Below the pieces are notes generated by a model. That model saw nothing but the letters and a program-made list of their open reading frames with translations. It did not search any database and was not told where the DNA came from. DNA of 64,000 nt from Octopus bimaculoides (taxonomy: Eukaryota). The position numbers and the translations under genes are program-made. Positions 35,142 through 47,801 of the stretch are shown here, piece by piece. The stretch covers positions 139,016,510 through 139,080,509 of the forward strand of contig NC_068981.1 of assembly GCF_001194135.2 (NCBI RefSeq), given 5' to 3'. The first letter of the stretch is position 1. Each line of letters opens with the position of its first letter.

Positions 35142-36400
35142 GTAAGAGTTTTGAGGTTTTAACTGGAGAGAAAGGAAATGTTCTCTCAGTGTAAAGGTGT
35201 TCAGTTACATTTCTTGAGTCATTGGATTTAGTTTTAGATCCTGGCTTAACATAGAAGGTAGCTACAAATACCTATTGTAAACGCTGGAGCAAATGTTTTT
35301 GTCTTAATGTCAGCTTTTTTTTCATGGGGCAAAATGCTAATTTTTCATTGGCTGAATATGAACTGAATCAACTTCAGTTTGATTTATTTTACCAATGCAA
35401 AAAAAAACAAAATGAAAGGCAACTTTGGACTTGATAGAGTAGAATTCAGAATCTAGAGCTTAGCTAAGCACTTTAGTCTGGCATTCTACTATATCTGCTA
35501 TCTTTGTAGTCTTCTCTTAATATTAACTATTAGATTGAATGAGAAAAGTAATGGCAATGTTTGTACCTTGAAGAAGTTTATAATATAATGTTTATATAAT
35601 TACCATTACTGCTTAGAAATGTAGAAACCAGACAATGCTGCCATGTGGTAAGATGTAATAATAATTAAGAAAAAAAATGTTAAAATTGCATCAGAATTAA
35701 ACAGAAAGTGGAATACTTGTGACCGAATTGAATTGTGTTGTTTTGGTCAGAGCTGTTATTTGATGTTCTGACCTCCTGACTGGCCGTCATGTCGGTGACA
35801 CGTAAAAGCACCCACTACACTCTCGGAGTGGTTGGCGTTTGGAAGGGCATCCAGCTGTAGAAACTTTGCCAAATCAGATTGGAGCCTGGTGTAGCCATCT
35901 GGTCCTCAGTCAAATCGTCCAACCCATGCTAGCATGGAAAGTGGACGTTAAACGATGATGATGATTACTCTGTCAAATATAATATTCATTCATATTGTTT
36001 TGAGTTAATCGTGCATTATCTTGTAGCTTCAAGATTTCAATGATGTGATTATTTTAGAATGACATTTTAGAGTTGGTGTGATAGGGAGGATCTGGCCAGT
36101 TTGAACATAAAACAGGTAGAATATTTGGACCTGATATGGTCAGTTTAAATGCTAAAGGGTTAAACAACATAAAAAGCAGAAGGAATAACTAACTAACAAA
36201 CCTTTTCTTTTGCAAGGTATTTTGGTTCATTAATTGAAAGTTGGGTTGTCTGCTGCCATCCTTTAGATTATATTAGATTGTTTTATAATACACTGTATGT
36301 CTTGACATCTGAATTCTTTGAGAAGGGTTTAGAGTTATTGGTGAAATTCGATTTTTCACTAATTTTTGGCCTCTAAGTCTGTTTTCTTTTCTTATTGTAG

Positions 36401-36516
36401 AAAAAAAATTTAATGGAACACGTTTCCCATCAGACAATTGTGATGCAATTTATTCTGGAACTTGCTAAACAGCTTGACCGTGATCCTAGAGACTGTGTAA
36501 GAACATTCTTTGGCAA
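36401..36516 (+). CDS. CDC37: Cdc37 exon 8 (KKNLMEHVSHQTIVMQFILELAKQLDRDPRDCVRTFFG)
   Basis: HQTIVMQFILELAK...DPR motif; tgtag acceptor, GTAAGT donor, ends in phase 2. Confidence 0.96.
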
Positions 36517-37376
36517 GTAAGTAGGCTTTTCTTGATTTATTTATATTATTTTGTAAATTTAGATAAGAATATTTGTGGAAAAGTCTTACCGCCTGACTGG
36601 CCTTCGTGCGAGTGACGCGTAAAAGCACCCACTACACTCTCTGAGTGGTTGGCGTTAGGAAGGGCATCCAGCTGTAGAAACTCTGCCAAATCAGATTGGA
36701 GCCTGGTGTTGCCATCCGGTTTCACCAGTCCTCCGTCAAATCGTCCAACCTATGCTAGCATGGAAAGTGGACGTTAAACGATGATGATGATGATGTTACT
36801 GAAACATGCAGGTTTTGAATAGTAGTTTATAAGAACCAAATTTCTATGCTTGTGCTATATTCTCTGATGCCCCTTTTGTCTTACCATCACATTCCACATT
36901 TGTCTTCTGTTCCATTTTATGTCAATTCTCAAAGCAAAGTTATCTTATAGGATCTTGACCTTTCTGCTATCAAACATCTTTAGTCTATATAAGGCTGTTT
37001 TGTCTAGCCTTTATGAATGGAATCTTTCTTAAGCTATTTAAAATCACTTTTTCCACATAACTGAGCATTGCCTCATTATCATTCTACATCTGCTTTCTCA
37101 TGTTGGCACAGGTTGGATCGGTCTTCTTTAGCATAGTGTCTCCCTATATGTTATACACCTTTCTTATTTCCTTTAAAATCAGCTCTCATTACTTCTTCCC
37201 ATGGTTCTTTTATCAGCTGCTAAGCACTTCTTCACTCAGCTATCTTTCACTGTATACGTCAGTCTTTTCTTCTCTTCTACCCAGTTTCCTCTCATTTCAA
37301 TTGTGCTCTGGTGTTCCTGCATTACTAACTTTACGTGTCCACTGCATTTCTTTCCTGTTTTGCTCATCCTCTATCT

Positions 37377-37714
37377 CAGTGTTTCTCAACCTTTTTACCC
37401 TTGCATAACTCTTAAAATAAATTACATGTCTTGAGGAACCCCTACACAAAAAAAAAAAGTTATATACCATATCTTTCTCATATTTTTTTCATCGTAGTTT
37501 ACGTGGTAAATATCATATATATATTTATATATCCCCAATGGTTGTTATATCTTTTGATAACATAATAGGTTAGATAGGATGATGTCTGTATTACAATAAC
37601 CAATAATATATTGTGCATGGATAGTAATATTACAATCATGAAATTAGCATTAGTTTATCTCACTCTTTCTTGTGGAACCCTAGGGTTCCGAGGCACCCTG
37701 GTTGAGAAACGCTG
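37377..37714. mobile_element. hAT-type MITE
   Basis: TIR cagtgtttctcaacc / ggttgagaaacgctg, perfect 8-bp TSD ctctatct. Confidence 0.9.
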
Positions 37715-39703
37715 CTCTATCTCATCATGTTTATAGTATATTTTGTACTCAAGCATCATCAATTTCTTTCACTTGGAGAAAGAGAGAGAGAGAGAGATCA
37801 TATCCTCAGTAAAGGCCTGAGAATTAGCCCAAATGAATACCTACCTGCATGCTAAATAACTTGCTGAACTTGTTGCTGACTATCAATTTGCTGGTGTCCT
37901 CTCTCTGTCTACATGTATGGCTGTTTAGAAATTTCAAGCTCCCAGTGGAATGGCATTGGTGTATCTTGACCCTTTCATACTCTCCTGTCTTTTTTTCTTA
38001 TTTCTTAAACCAAAGCATCATGTTTAGGTAGTAAGACCTAACTATTGAAAGACATTTCCTCTCAGCACATATCCATTTGATGAGAAAGGGTTGCAATGAT
38101 GGGTGATAAAGTGTTGGATAAAATCCATCCCTTGGGTCAAGCATGGTGAAACAAATGTGGTTGATGCCAGTGCTGCATGACAGGCAAGCTTCTTAACCAT
38201 AGCCATACTAATACATTCTTGGTAAGCATCCATATGATGCCCCGCCCCTAATTTATTTGTCACCCATTTCCCCATCACTTTTTTCTCTCCTATTGCATAA
38301 TACGTATTTGAGATGGTACTGACTCTCCTTCATCATCTCAGCAAGTTATAATATTGGAATTGTGCCTGCTCTAGTTTTTTTCTCTCCCGCCTATATACCA
38401 ATGAGGGAAAGCATTGGGTCTGTTAATATCTGATATACCCTACCATCACCTTTTCTGTGCTGCCAGCTATCACTCTGTTGTTCTGGCCATTCATCATCAC
38501 TCTTGTTATTGCTCATCTATGTTATCACCCACCATTTGATCTCTATTTTGCCAGCCTTATGCTGTCAGTTTTTGCCTTCATACCATAACTCTGGTCCTTA
38601 TATCATTGTGCGCTACCTTCTCTTAACTTCGTGGTTACGCTAACTTGAATAAATGAAATTGCTGCAAAGTTGAGAGTTGCTTAGTCTTGTCAAGGATGTG
38701 ACAGTTTCTTTTCTATCATAGCCCTGGTAAAATTCACCCAACACACTCAGTAGAGTGGTTAATGTTAGGAATGGCATCCAACTGTAGAAACTGTTATAAA
38801 GTAGATTGTACAAGTGAGATGTGGTCTTTTTGGCATGTCTAGGAAGGCTGTGGCTCCAAATCTGAACTGATTTGGCTCAAGACAACCCATGCCAGCGTGG
38901 AAAATGAATGTAAGATAATGACTTCAGTTGTTGAACAAATGTATCATTTAGCTGTAGGTTTCCATCAGACTGACCATTGATTCACTGCATTTCTGACAGT
39001 GTCTTAATGCAGAACGAATAATGCAAGGAATTTTCAAAAAACACCAATTTTCTTGGTAGTGTACATTAACATAAAAAAACAAACACATGATATTCTGCAG
39101 TTTCTATTGACCAAATTTCATTCACAAGTATTGTCAACCTGAAGTTGTGGTAGAAGACTCCTGCCTAAGGTAGTTGCAGAGCAAGCTACTTAATCACTCA
39201 TTCATACATAAAAGGTCCAACCTATGTGAATCTTCTAATGTAGTAATTTGTTTCAATGAGGTGGTTAACGAGGGCAATCAAGTGATAAAATATTTGCAAT
39301 AAGAATTAAACCATTTTTTCTATGGACATAAATAAAAACTCATGCTACCTTATCTGCAAGACCCAATTATCTAAAACCAGATAAAATTGCTTCATCTCGA
39401 GTGTGTGTGTTCCAGAGAACTTTTACTTCAACATCCATTCATTTGTATCAGCTAAGTGCCAAGCCATGCTTATTGATTGCAGAAGCCAATTCTGTCATGC
39501 TGATATTTTATCACTTCAACAACAAACTCCTGTACTTTTTTTTATCAGTCTTGTGTATGTCTAAATTGATAATATTTTGATGTTGGCATTATACTGAATA
39601 TAGTTGTAAATTGCAGCCACCAAGATATTAACTCCTGGATCTATCCCTAAAAGTGTATTTTGTATAATCTAAGACTATTTTATTTTATTTTTTAAAATCA
39701 TAG

Positions 39704-39836
39704 GATGACAAATTCCAATCCTGCTCAAGAGAAACAATACATGGCAGCTTTTGAAGATGAGTTAAATGCTTTCAAGGGTAGGGTTCGTGCCCGAGCCAAA
39801 GAAAAACTGGAAGAAAGCATTAGGCAGATTGAAGAG
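39704..39836 (+). CDS. CDC37: Cdc37 exon 9 (K-MTNSNPAQEKQYMAAFEDELNAFKGRVRARAKEKLEESIRQIEE)
   Basis: QYMxxFxDELxAFKxRVRxRA motif; catag acceptor, GT donor, phase 2 to 0. Confidence 0.95.
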
Positions 39837-40432
39837 GTATTTGACTCCTTTTAAAGCTTCTAATTCCACCTGGAAAAAGAAAAGTAATTTCATATAAATT
39901 GGATTGCCCATGTCCAGTTCACTGCAGGACAAGAGCCTCAGCATATACTCTCCTCCAACCACAGTCCTATGTAGAAGCTATGAACTTGAGCTTATACTGG
40001 TTTAATGAGGCTACTCTGGCACATAAAGCACCATCCTAACATGGGTGATGCCAGTGCCCCTTAACTGGTTTTCATGCCGGTGGCACATATAAAGCACCCA
40101 CTACAGTCTTTGACATAAGGAAGGGCGTCTAGCCGTAGAAACCTTACCAGATCAGATTGGAGCCTGGTGCAGCCTCATGGCTTGCCAGTCCTCAGTCAAA
40201 CCGTCCACCCCATGCCAGCATGGAGAGCGGACGTTAAATGATGACTCTGCCACATTGGCTAAACATGGCCAGGCTGAGGGGTGCAGATTTTATACTTTTA
40301 CCCAGGAGTACTTAAGTTGAATACACCAATTCCAGTGCTGAAGTGGTACTTAAATATGATTTAATCTTTTCTATAATTAATTTTTGCACTTGTCTCAAGT
40401 GTTCATTTTCCCCCCATTTTTTTTCTTTACAG

Positions 40433-40501
40433 GAAGAGAGACAAAAGAGATTAGGACCTGGTGGCTTGGATCCAGTTGAAGTGTTCGAGTCTTTACCTGA
40501 T
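40433..40501 (+). CDS. CDC37: Cdc37 exon 10 (EERQKRLGPGGLDPVEVFESLPD)
   Basis: RLGPGGLDPVEVxESLP hallmark; ttacag acceptor, GTATGT donor; followed by an 87-nt intron. Confidence 0.97.
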
Positions 40502-40588
40502 GTATGTAAACAATTTTTGTTGTGCTCTACAATTTGATGAATTAGTGTTCAAAACGTCACCTGATTTTCATTCATATTTCTTTGGCAG

Positions 40589-40777
40589 GTATTGAAAGAA
40601 TGCTTTGAACAGAAAGATATCCAAAAATTAAAAGACACAATTGTAACCCTGGAGCCCAAAGATGCTGAATATCACATGAAACGCTGTATTGATTCTGGTT
40701 TATGGGTGCCTGAAGGTGGGGTCAACAAGAGTGAAGAGGAGGAAAGCAATGTAGGGGAAGCCAGTACTGTTGAATGA
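40589..40777 (+). CDS. CDC37: Cdc37 exon 11, terminal (VLKECFEQKDIQKLKDTIVTLEPKDAEYHMKRCIDSGLWVPEGG...TVE*)
   Basis: YHMxRCIDSGLWVP C-terminal motif, TGA stop at 40775-40777. The 11 exons sum to 1107 nt = 368 aa plus stop. Confidence 0.97.
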   Translation, partial: VLKECFEQKDIQKLKDTIVTLEPKDAEYHMKRCIDSGLWVPEGGVNKSEEEESNVGEASTVE

Positions 40778-41104
40778 TTGATTTAATTCTGAATACTAAC
40801 TTTGCCACTGGTGTCTCTTCCCCTTAAGAAGCCATGATACTGAATGAAATTGAAATCTCATGGCAGTGGTTACTCTCTCTCTCTTCACTCTCTACAAGAA
40901 CTTTAAAAAAAAAAAGAGATGGGAGGGGGTGGTGGTGTTTTCTGCTAACAATCCAAGTCAGTGTTGGGGGAAGGAAGTATTTGACTTTTCAGATATTACT
41001 AGTTTGACTGAACTTTTCTGATTTCTCAACACCCAATTCTTCCTGGGGTGAGTAGATGGTGAATCATATTGGTTCAGCTACTTCTCTCTGAATTGGGTTG
41101 TGAA

Positions 41105-41110
41105 AATAAA
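41105..41110 (+). promoter_or_regulatory. Candidate polyadenylation signal for CDC37
   Basis: AATAAA about 330 nt after the stop codon, followed by U-rich sequence; not verifiable without transcripts. Confidence 0.35.
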
Positions 41111-42730
41111 AAAGTTTTGGAAAAAAAAAAATTTTCAATGAGTAATTTGAGTTATGATAAAACACACATTCAAGAGTTTTTTTTTTTTTTNNNNNNNNNN
41201 NNNNNNNNNNNNNNNNNNNNNNNNNNNNNNNNNNNNNNNNNNNNNNNNNNNNNNNNNNNNNNNNNNNNNNNNNNNNNNNNNNNNNNNNNNNNNNNNNNNN
41301 NNNNNNNNNNNNNNNNNNNNNNNNNNNNNNNNNNNNNNNNNNNNNNNNNNNNNNNNNNNNNNNNNNNNNNNNNNNNNNNNNNNNNNNNNNNNNNNNNNNN
41401 NNNNNNNNNNNNNNNNNNNNNNNNNNNNNNNNNNNNNNNNNNNNNNNNNNNNNNNNNNNNNNNNNNNNNNNNNNNNNNNNNNNNNNNNNNNNNNNNNNNN
41501 NNNNNNNNNNNNNNNNNNNNNNNNNNNNNNNNNNNNNNNNNNNNNNNNNNNNNNNNNNNNNNNNNNNNNNNNNNNNNNNNNNNNNNNNNNNNNNNNNNNN
41601 NNNNNNNNNNNNNNNNNNNNNNNNNNNNNNNNNNNNNNNNNNNNNNNNNNNNNNNNNNNNNNNNNNNNNNNNNNNNNNNNNNNNNNNNNNNNNNNNNNNN
41701 NNNNNNNNNNNNNNNNNNNNNNNNNNNNNNNNNNNNNNNNNNNNNNNNNNNNNNNNNNNNNNNNNNNNNNNNNNNNNNNNNNNNNNNNNNNNNNNNNNNN
41801 NNNNNNNNNNNNNNNNNNAACTTTGCCACTGGTGTCTCTTCCCCTTAAGAAGCCATGATACTGAATGAAATTGAAATCTCATGGCAGTGGTTACTCTCTC
41901 TCTCTTCACTCTCTACAAGAACTTTAAAAAAAAAAAGAGATGAGTGTTGTACTCAACTGTAAACTTGTCCTATCAGGGATTATGTTTAAGACTACATTAA
42001 CATGTTCTTTCCATAGTTAAAGCAGACAGTGTGATAGGGAACTTTTGGGTAGAAGTTTCTACATTTCTCACGAAGGGCCCTTTCTCCTTGTGATATAAGT
42101 GTAAATCTTAGATAATACAGCTTTGCTTTTCTTTTTTTTTTGAGTGAAAAGAAAAAACGTAATTGATAATGTAGCAGATAATTATAAAACTTTGAGCAAA
42201 CCAGGTAACTTTTAACATGGTTGCAAGAACATCTTTGATAAAGCTATTCAATCAGGACTTAGGCATTCCATACTGATGAAACAATCCCTTTGTGATCTTC
42301 AGCTAACTTTCTACCTTAACTTGTTTTATTCCTTAGAAGATTACTCAATGGAAATACTGCACCAAATTCTCTACAAGAACTGCACACACTAAAACTGATT
42401 AGTTGCCAACTCTTTCCATTTTGTCAGGCTCATCACTATGCACACGTACCAGGTTGAGAGTATTCTTGTCTTGAATCACCCTCAATGTATGTCTGGAGCT
42501 GGCTGCTGTCCTCATTAACCCTTTAGCATTCAAACTGGCCCATATCCAGCCCTGACCTCTTACCTCAATCCTACTAAGTCATTCTAATACTAAACAATCT
42601 CATCACTGAAATCTCTAAATTGCAAGATAACGCACAATTAACCCAAAACAATATAAACATTACATTTGACAGCATTCGTCCTATTTTCTTGGACTGCCAT
42701 GTTAGCTTGGTGATAACTATTAATACTGTT

Positions 42731-42819
42731 TTATAATTTCTTATCAATGCAATTTGGAATGACTCGATCAGTTTTCTCCATGCTGGTTGATTTTTCACGA
42801 TCAGTCAAAGTAAAATATG
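42731..42819 (-). CDS. PWP1: Tentative PWP1 terminal exon (A-YFTLTDREKSTSMEKTDRVIPNCIDKKL*)
   Basis: Nearest in-phase acceptor with a pyrimidine tract (ttttctcag), but it implies a 53-nt intron and the peptide has no motif I recognise. Alternatives exist (see findings). Confidence 0.35.
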
Positions 42820-42872
42820 CTGAGAAAAACCAATCTGAAACATTCACGAGTAAATCAAATGACTCTCCTTAC

Positions 42873-42975
42873 CCTCAGGACTCTGGCGAATGTCCCAAAC
42901 TTTCATATTTCCTTGCCCACCAAAAGCAAAGACAAATGGTGAATCTGGACATGGCAATGCACACATAATTTCTCC
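42873..42975 (-). CDS. PWP1: PWP1 exon (GEIMCALPCPDSPFVFAFGGQGNMKVWDIRQSPE)
   Basis: CPDxPFxxAFGGQ...xVWDI motif; ttacag acceptor, GTAAGG donor in phase 1. Confidence 0.94.
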
Positions 42976-43426
42976 CTGTAAAAGACGAAATTTAAAAAAA
43001 AACTGTTACTGTGAAAACCTTCAATATCATTTTGCAATTAATTGAAAGTTGATAAAATAACAATTTCATGAAATCCTTGCAAGAGAGTAGCAAGCTTGTT
43101 CTCTGTACCAGTTTTAATAGGTGCAAACATGGGCGTGTATTTAACAACTTTGTTTCTTTTTATTTTACTCCCATCTACCACATGCAATGCAGGGCTTTTA
43201 CTTGGTAATGTCACTAATGCTGGAGCTCTGAGAAAAGGCACCCTGTGTGTTGTTAGGAAGGGCATTCAGTTGCAGAAACCAAGTTGTCAAAACAGGCACC
43301 AGTCCTCTTGCTCACTGGATCCTGCCAAAACCATCCAACCAGCATAGAAGACCCATGTAAGACAATGGTGATGATGAAAGTAAACTACTTGAACAAGATT
43401 TGTTAAGTTAGAAACAAAAAGCTTAC

Positions 43427-43548
43427 CAATTTCAAGTCTTTGGTGACAATATGTTTTGGCTCATTGTCTTTAACATCCCATACTTTGACTGTCTGGTCAG
43501 ATGAAGAAGTAACAAGCATGTGCTCTAAACCTGAACTCAGGATAAGCC
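43427..43548 (-). CDS. PWP1: PWP1 exon (G-LILSSGLEHMLVTSSSDQTVKVWDVKDNEPKHIVTKDLKL)
   Basis: LVTxSxDxxVKxWD WD40 repeat; tccag acceptor, GTAAGC donor. Confidence 0.95.
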
Positions 43549-45320
43549 CTGGACATAACCAAAAAAAAAGCAAGTTTAGAAATCATAATAAAAGATAAAT
43601 TTATAATTATCAAAATAAGCAATGATTTATGATGGTTTTCTGTATAATCAGTGAGGGGGGGCTGGTGTGCATTGATGTTGTCAAGAGGTTGACCCCATAC
43701 ACTTACTGGCTTCCGGTATGCGGAGTTCTTGACAGGTAGCACTTGCATGTGCAAGTTGTTTGCAAGACACACATACATGCGTTAGGAAAGATATCCTGCT
43801 GTAGAAACCATGCCAAAATAGTCAATTGGATCCTGGACAGCTGGAAAACGGATGTTAAATGATGATCACGATGATGAAATACCAGAGTTGTTCATTTACT
43901 TCCATGGACCACAAAGACTCTACAATGTAAGAATGTGATGCGTTTGGTGCTAAAAATGATCAATGCTTTCTGTACCATATTTCAGTTGAAGTACACTGTC
44001 TTTGTTTTGATTAATTTTGGAAAATAGTAAAATGACTCCTTTCATTATTATGCTGGTGTTTGGAACATAATTTAATACCAGTTTTTGATTATCATAATTG
44101 TTTTGTTACTCTTACTTGTTTCAGTCACTTGACTGTAGCCATGCTGGAGCACCGCCTTTAGTCGAGCAAATTGACCCCAGGACTTATTCTTTGTAAGCCT
44201 AGTACTTTTTGGTCAGCCCAAGGCTATAGTAGAAGACACTTGCCTAAGGTGCCACGCAGTGGGAATGAACCCGGAACCATGTGGTTGGTAAGCAAGCTAC
44301 TTTATTTCATTCAATTTGCCATCCTGCGCCTATTTTTCCATATTTGCACGGGCTGAATGGAATTTGTTGGAGAGAAGTTTCTATGGCCAGAAGCCCTTCT
44401 GGTCACTAACTCTCAAACATTTCCAAGCCAGGCAACATTATCCCATGACCCATATTTTCATCATGGAAAATTGGAAATAAAGGACATCGCTGACAGCTAT
44501 CACATGCCAAAGCAAGGAAACAGTAGCACACACAATATATGATGAGCTTCTTTCAGCTTCCATCCACCAAATGCACTTCAACGGCTTTAATCATTCTGGG
44601 GCAATAGTAAAGTCACTCGCCCAAAGTGCTACACATGGGACTGAACCTAAAATTCATGTAGTTGGAAAGCAAACTTCTTACCACTTAGCTATGAATACTC
44701 TTTAACTTGCATCACTTTGAAAAAAAAAACATCAAGTTTGTATTAGAAGGGTTACAACACAAATCCCTGGAGCGTTGCACTTCTTTCCTTATCAAAATTC
44801 TAGAGAAGTTCAAGGCATATATTAAAGCAATGGGTCTGTAGTTTAATCTTTTAGTATTTAAATCAGCCATATTTGGCCCAAATATTCTTGTTTTACATTC
44901 AAACCTACAATGACTGGTTTCTCAAACCTACCTTATGTCATTCTAAAAACAAACAATCACACCATTGAAATGATCATCATACTGAATAAAGACTCAAGCC
45001 AAATCCATCTTCCATTTCATTCATTGATTATTATTATTATATATATATATATATATATATATGCAAAGGTGTCAAACTTTAAAAAAAATCCAATACTGAC
45101 ATATACATACTGATATTTGTACAATCATTTTGTCAAGTGGTTACAACATGCTGAAACAGACCTATTTAACTCATACAAACATAGGAAAAATAAATGATAC
45201 TATTCTTAATCATGACATTTCAAGGTGTGTGTGTGTGCATATGAGAGAGAGAGGGTATATCCCTGTGTGTGTGAGGTATTAACAGATATTTTTCAATAAG
45301 ATGAACAGTATGCAACTTAC

Positions 45321-45411
45321 CAGAAACTGCAGCAGTGTGTGCTGATATTGTATAGATAGGTTTATCATAACGGACATCAACGTAGTAGACATTCCCTTTA
45401 TCAGTGCTGGC
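45321..45411 (-). CDS. PWP1: PWP1 exon (ASTDKGNVYYVDVRYDKPIYTISAHTAAVS)
   Basis: ASTDxGxVYxxDxRxDKPIxTxxAH motif; tgtag acceptor, GTAAGT donor, phase 0 to 1. Confidence 0.95.
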
Positions 45412-46625
45412 CTACAGAACAGCAAGAAGAAAACGTATAACTAACATATTTAGACACCCACACAAACCAAAACACACTTATGTTATAAAGTATTTTGTAA
45501 AGCTGAGAGGCTAATATCAGTGACTGATATAGCTGAGAACTTCATGTGAATACACTAAACAAATTGCAGACTGATAAAAGCATTTGTATTTAACTCTTAG
45601 CTCTTGAGTCTCTGTAGCAACTTCTCTATTATAAGATAAAATAAATGCCCTATATATTGAATTCTATTAGGAGCAGTCAAAAATTATCTGCACTTTTGCC
45701 AAACCTTCTTTAGATAGGCTGCACTACTTCCAGTGCTTGTATGCTAAAAGTGGTACCTTTGTGGATATGTAACCAATGAGGAAACTTTGACAAAGATCAC
45801 TGATCCTATGAGAGAAACTTAAAAGTTTCATGAGCTAATGGAAATCATCCTCATCATCATTCTTTAATGTCTATTTTTCATGCTGGCATGGGTTTGATGG
45901 TTTGACCACCAGGCCCCAGCCTGATATGGCTTGGTTTCTACAGCTGGATGTCCTTCCTAATGCCAACCACTTAACAGATTGTGCCGGATACTTTTTTAAA
46001 TGGCACTGGCAAGAAAGCCTCTTATGTAGCACCAGCATGGGTGCTTTTGTGTGGCACTGGCAAGTCTCTTTAGCAAAAGAAGCAGCACGGACAATTCTGC
46101 TGTGGAAGACAGGTCTAGTACTGTCTTACAAAGATGAAGGTCAACTTGGATAATGTAGGGATATTGAGATGGCCATGGCTAGAACCCCTCTGATCATAGG
46201 CCAGCTGAACTTAGGTTTACCTGGTGATAAACAACACTGCAGAACAATAACAACAACTATAACAATTTCTAATTTAAGTACAAGTCTAGCAATTATTGAG
46301 AGGGAGAGGTTAGTCAATTATATCAATCCCGAGGTCTTCAATGTTACTTTATTTTATCAACCCTGGATGGGTAAAAGGCAAAATTGAACTGAGCTGGAAG
46401 AAATAGCAAGGCATTTCTTCCAATGCTCTAATGATTCTGTCAGCAATAATTTTAATAAACTAACGATAAAACTATTGCTTGATTTGCTAATTACAGCAAC
46501 CAACTTGACGAAAGCTGAAGCAGGACCAAACAATAACAATGAGCTAATCAGGTTTACAATCCCCATATTGTAATTGATTAAAACATCATTTTAGTAAATT
46601 ATTGAGCGGGCCTCATGGTGGCTGA

Positions 46626-46830
46626 GTTCTTTTTGAGCATTGGGTCTCATGGAGCAAAGTGTTTAAGTTCCTTTCGCGTGTTGGGCCTGACTGAGGTAAA
46701 GTGGCTGAGTTCCTTTCGCGTGTTGGGCCTGACTGAGGTAAAGTGGCTGAGTTCCTTTTGCGTGTTGGGCCTCACGGAGGCAAAGTGGCTGATTACCTTT
46801 TGAGTGTTGGGCCTCACAGAGGCAATGACC
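46626..46830 (+). repeat. 42-bp tandem repeat (about 5 copies) at the 5' end of an RTE-derived fragment
   Basis: Unit gttcctttcgcgtgttgggcctgactgaggtaaagtggctga; the core resembles ttaggcctcactgaggcaatgac at the end of the RTE ORF (about 11370-11395). Confidence 0.85.
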
Positions 46831-47172
46831 AACACCTTTGACATTATGTTGCATGTGAGAAGACTCATCAAGCCAAGCAAAATCGCAGTCGTGGAAGATA
46901 CCGGTGCCACGCAAAAGCACCCGTTACACTCTTGGAGTGGTTGGTGTTAGGAAGGGCATCCAGCCATAGAAAACTATGCCAAATCAGAATGGAGTCTGGT
47001 GCAGCCTTCCAGCTTGCTAGCCCTGGTCAAACTGTTCAACCCATGCCAGCATGGACAACAGACATTAAATGATGATGATAAATTTAAATCAAAAGACATA
47101 CCTCATTATGAGGTCTTTATTTCAAAGATGCTAAAAAAAGAAGAAGAAAAACACCAACCCCAAAATACTTAC

Positions 47173-47287
47173 ATAAAAGAAATAAGGATTGTAATGGTTC
47201 CAGACAACGCGTTCTATTTCTGATCCAGAAAATGACCAAGTCTTGTGGTTGTAACCAGCATCCCGGCAGTCAAATAATCGTACAGTA
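47173..47287 (-). CDS. PWP1: PWP1 exon (S-TVRLFDCRDAGYNHKTWSFSGSEIERVVWNHYNPYFFY)
   Basis: DCR...WxFSG...IERVxWNH motif; caacag acceptor, GTAAGT donor. Confidence 0.95.
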
Positions 47288-47801
47288 CTGTTGAAGATAA
47301 AAAATGTAAGATATTCAATGTACATATATATGTATGTAGAATCAACAAATGAGACACTTGCTCAAGGATCCACACAGTGAGACTGATATATATATATATA
47401 TACATACATACCCATGCCAGCATGCAAAATGGGCGTAAGATGATGATGATACTGAATATCTTTGAAATTTTCCCCATGACAAAAAATACAGTGAATGGTT
47501 TTCCTATGGTTTCAAATGTGCCACAAGCATATTTCAACTAGTAACAAGTTTATATTTGTACATACTGCTGCTTAGCACTTCCAATTTGTATTTTATTACG
47601 GCCAAGCTGCTGATTAGCACAACCAATCCCTGTATGCTAACTGGAATATAACGAGACCCATTTCTTTGTCAGTTTGCAATGCCACCCAACTCCAGTGAGT
47701 GATGCTGAAGAGGAGATGATGGCTTTGAAATGCATGTATCCATATGACTTGTTGCATTTACACCTATTTATCTACAGAGAGAAATTGTCTCCATGACAAA
47801 A

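Noticed and set aside
40833-40866. gccatga...tcatggc hairpin after the CDC37 TGA, considered as a SECIS element
   Set aside because: Lacks the non-Watson-Crick quartet geometry and helix lengths; read-through would add only 3 residues before TAA; Cdc37 is not a known selenoprotein.
46626-46830. Regularly spaced repeats considered as a CRISPR array
   Set aside because: Head-to-tail tandem units with no unique spacers; eukaryotic context, no cas genes.
47698-47745. CTGAAGA-ggag..cttt-GAAATGCAT hammerhead-like string
   Set aside because: Stem II relies on G-U pairs, position 17 is G (not cleavable) and stem I is only 4 bp; compatible with chance.
47640-47765. Exon-like minus-strand stretch (GVNATSHMDTC...) in a PWP1 intron
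   Set aside because: Weak acceptor, no similarity to PWP1, and the flanking exons join in phase without it.
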